Positions 21,236 to 22,386 of a DNA stretch of 22,386 bases are shown piece by piece. Numbering within the stretch: position 1 is the first letter of the stretch; every line of letters begins with the position of its first letter. The notes beneath the pieces were generated by a model. That model worked only from the letters and a program-made list of their open reading frames with translations, had not been told where the DNA came from and searched no databases. Both the position numbers and the translations under genes were made by a program. This DNA comes from Bugula neritina (lineage: Eukaryota; Animalia; Bryozoa), in the NCBI GenBank assembly GCA_964035545.1, contig CAXIUT010000067.1, positions 1 through 22,386 on the forward strand, written 5' to 3'.

Positions 21236-21328
21236 AGCTTTTTCCAATCAAATATAATTGATAGATAATCGCGGTCAAATAATAACTTTAAATATCAAAT
21301 AATGACTAAAAATAATAAAAAGCGGTCT

Positions 21329-22244
21329 AATCCACAACTCCTATCAAATAAACAAATAATAAGTCACATCCCTTGTGCCATAATGAAATCCACAACTGCT
21401 ATCAAATAAACAAATAATAAGTCACATCCCTTGTGCCATAATGAAATCCACAACTGCTATCAAATAAACAAATAATAAGTCACATCCCTTGTGCCATAAT
21501 GAAATCCACAACTGCTATCAAATAAACAAATAATAAGTCACATCCCTTGTGCCATAATGAAATCCACAACTGCTATCAAATAAACAAATAATAAGTCACA
21601 TCCCTTGTGCCATAATGAAATCCACAACTGCTATCAAATAAACAAATAATAAGTCACATCCCTTGTGCCATAATGAAATCCACAACTGCTATCAAATAAA
21701 CAAATAATAAGTCACATCCCTTGTGCCATAATGAAATCCACAACTGCTATCAAATAAACAAATAATAAGTCACATCCCTTGTGCCATAATGAAATCCACA
21801 ACTGCTATCAAATAAACAAATAATAAGTCACATCCCTTGTGCCATAATGAAATCCACAACTGCTATCAAATAAACAAATAATAAGTCACATCCCTTGTGC
21901 CATAATGAAATCCACAACTGCTATCAAATAAACAAATAATAAGTCACATCCCTTGTGCCATAATGAAATCCACAACTGCTATCAAATAAACAAATAATAA
22001 GTCACATCCCTTGTGCCATAATGAAATCCACAACTGCTATCAAATAAACAAATAATAAGTCACATCCCTTGTGCCATAATGAAATCCACAACTGCTATCA
22101 AATAAACAAATAATAAGTCACATCCCTTGTGCCATAATGAAATCCACAACTGCTATCAAATAAACAAATAATAAGTCACATCCCTTGTGCCATAATGAAA
22201 TCCACAACTCCTATTAAATAAACAAATAATAAGTCACATCCTTT
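21329..22244. repeat. Subtelomeric 58-bp satellite, ~15.8 copies
   Basis: Unit AATCCACAACTGCTATCAAATAAACAAATAATAAGTCACATCCCTTGTGCCATAATGA, head to tail with no spacers. The first and last copies carry a CTCCTAT variant. Confidence 0.97.
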
Positions 22245-22310
22245 TGAACGGTAATGAATCTTATTTATTGGTTATATAAAATTAGAATTATTATATATAA
22301 TTTATCTATA

Positions 22311-22386
22311 GGGGTGGGGTTGGGGTTGGGGTTGGGGTTGGGGTTGGGGTTGGGGTTGGGGTTGGGGTTGGGGTTGGGGTTGGGGG
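22311..22386 (+). repeat. Right telomere, (GGGGTT)n
   Basis: G4T2 array at the window end; the first unit is the variant GGGGT. Confidence 0.97.

Noticed and set aside
1268-21237. Short ORF-track entries such as 1268-1540(-), 2254-2463(+), 9053-9238(-), 14475-14717(+), 17206-17430(-), 20007-20204(+), 21049-21237(+)
   Set aside because: They are antisense or off-frame shadows of genes identified on the other strand or frame.
21329-22244. CRISPR array
   Set aside because: The units are contiguous identical 58-mers with no variable spacers, there are no cas genes, and the context is eukaryotic.

Overview
This is eukaryotic DNA: a ciliate macronuclear sequence with (CCCCAA)n/(GGGGTT)n telomeric repeats. 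It uses a variant genetic code in which both TAA and TAG encode glutamate and TGA is the only stop (NCBI table 30, peritrich-type), so the supplied standard-code ORF track is fragmented and mostly misleading. Positions 1-14106 read as a complete telomere-to-telomere ~14 kb minichromosome with 11 tightly packed genes: a hypothetical protein, ATP synthase subunit i/j, a Tctex-1 dynein light chain, Fzr1/Cdh1, the PP2A scaffold, SURF1, Sec61-alpha, a CFAP77-like protein, a CP-motif/TPR tail-anchored protein, UFC1 and ATP synthase alpha. An internal (GGGGTT)12 tract is followed directly by a second 8.3 kb segment with no left telomere. That segment carries a 3-repeat Myb gene, a four-repeat helical protein, a B-box-like ORF, PARG, a 58-bp satellite and a right telomere. 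It has several single-base frameshifts, whereas the left segment has none. The introns I could resolve are tiny (19-22 nt, mostly 20 nt). All protein identifications come from manual translation and remembered family motifs; no searches were run.
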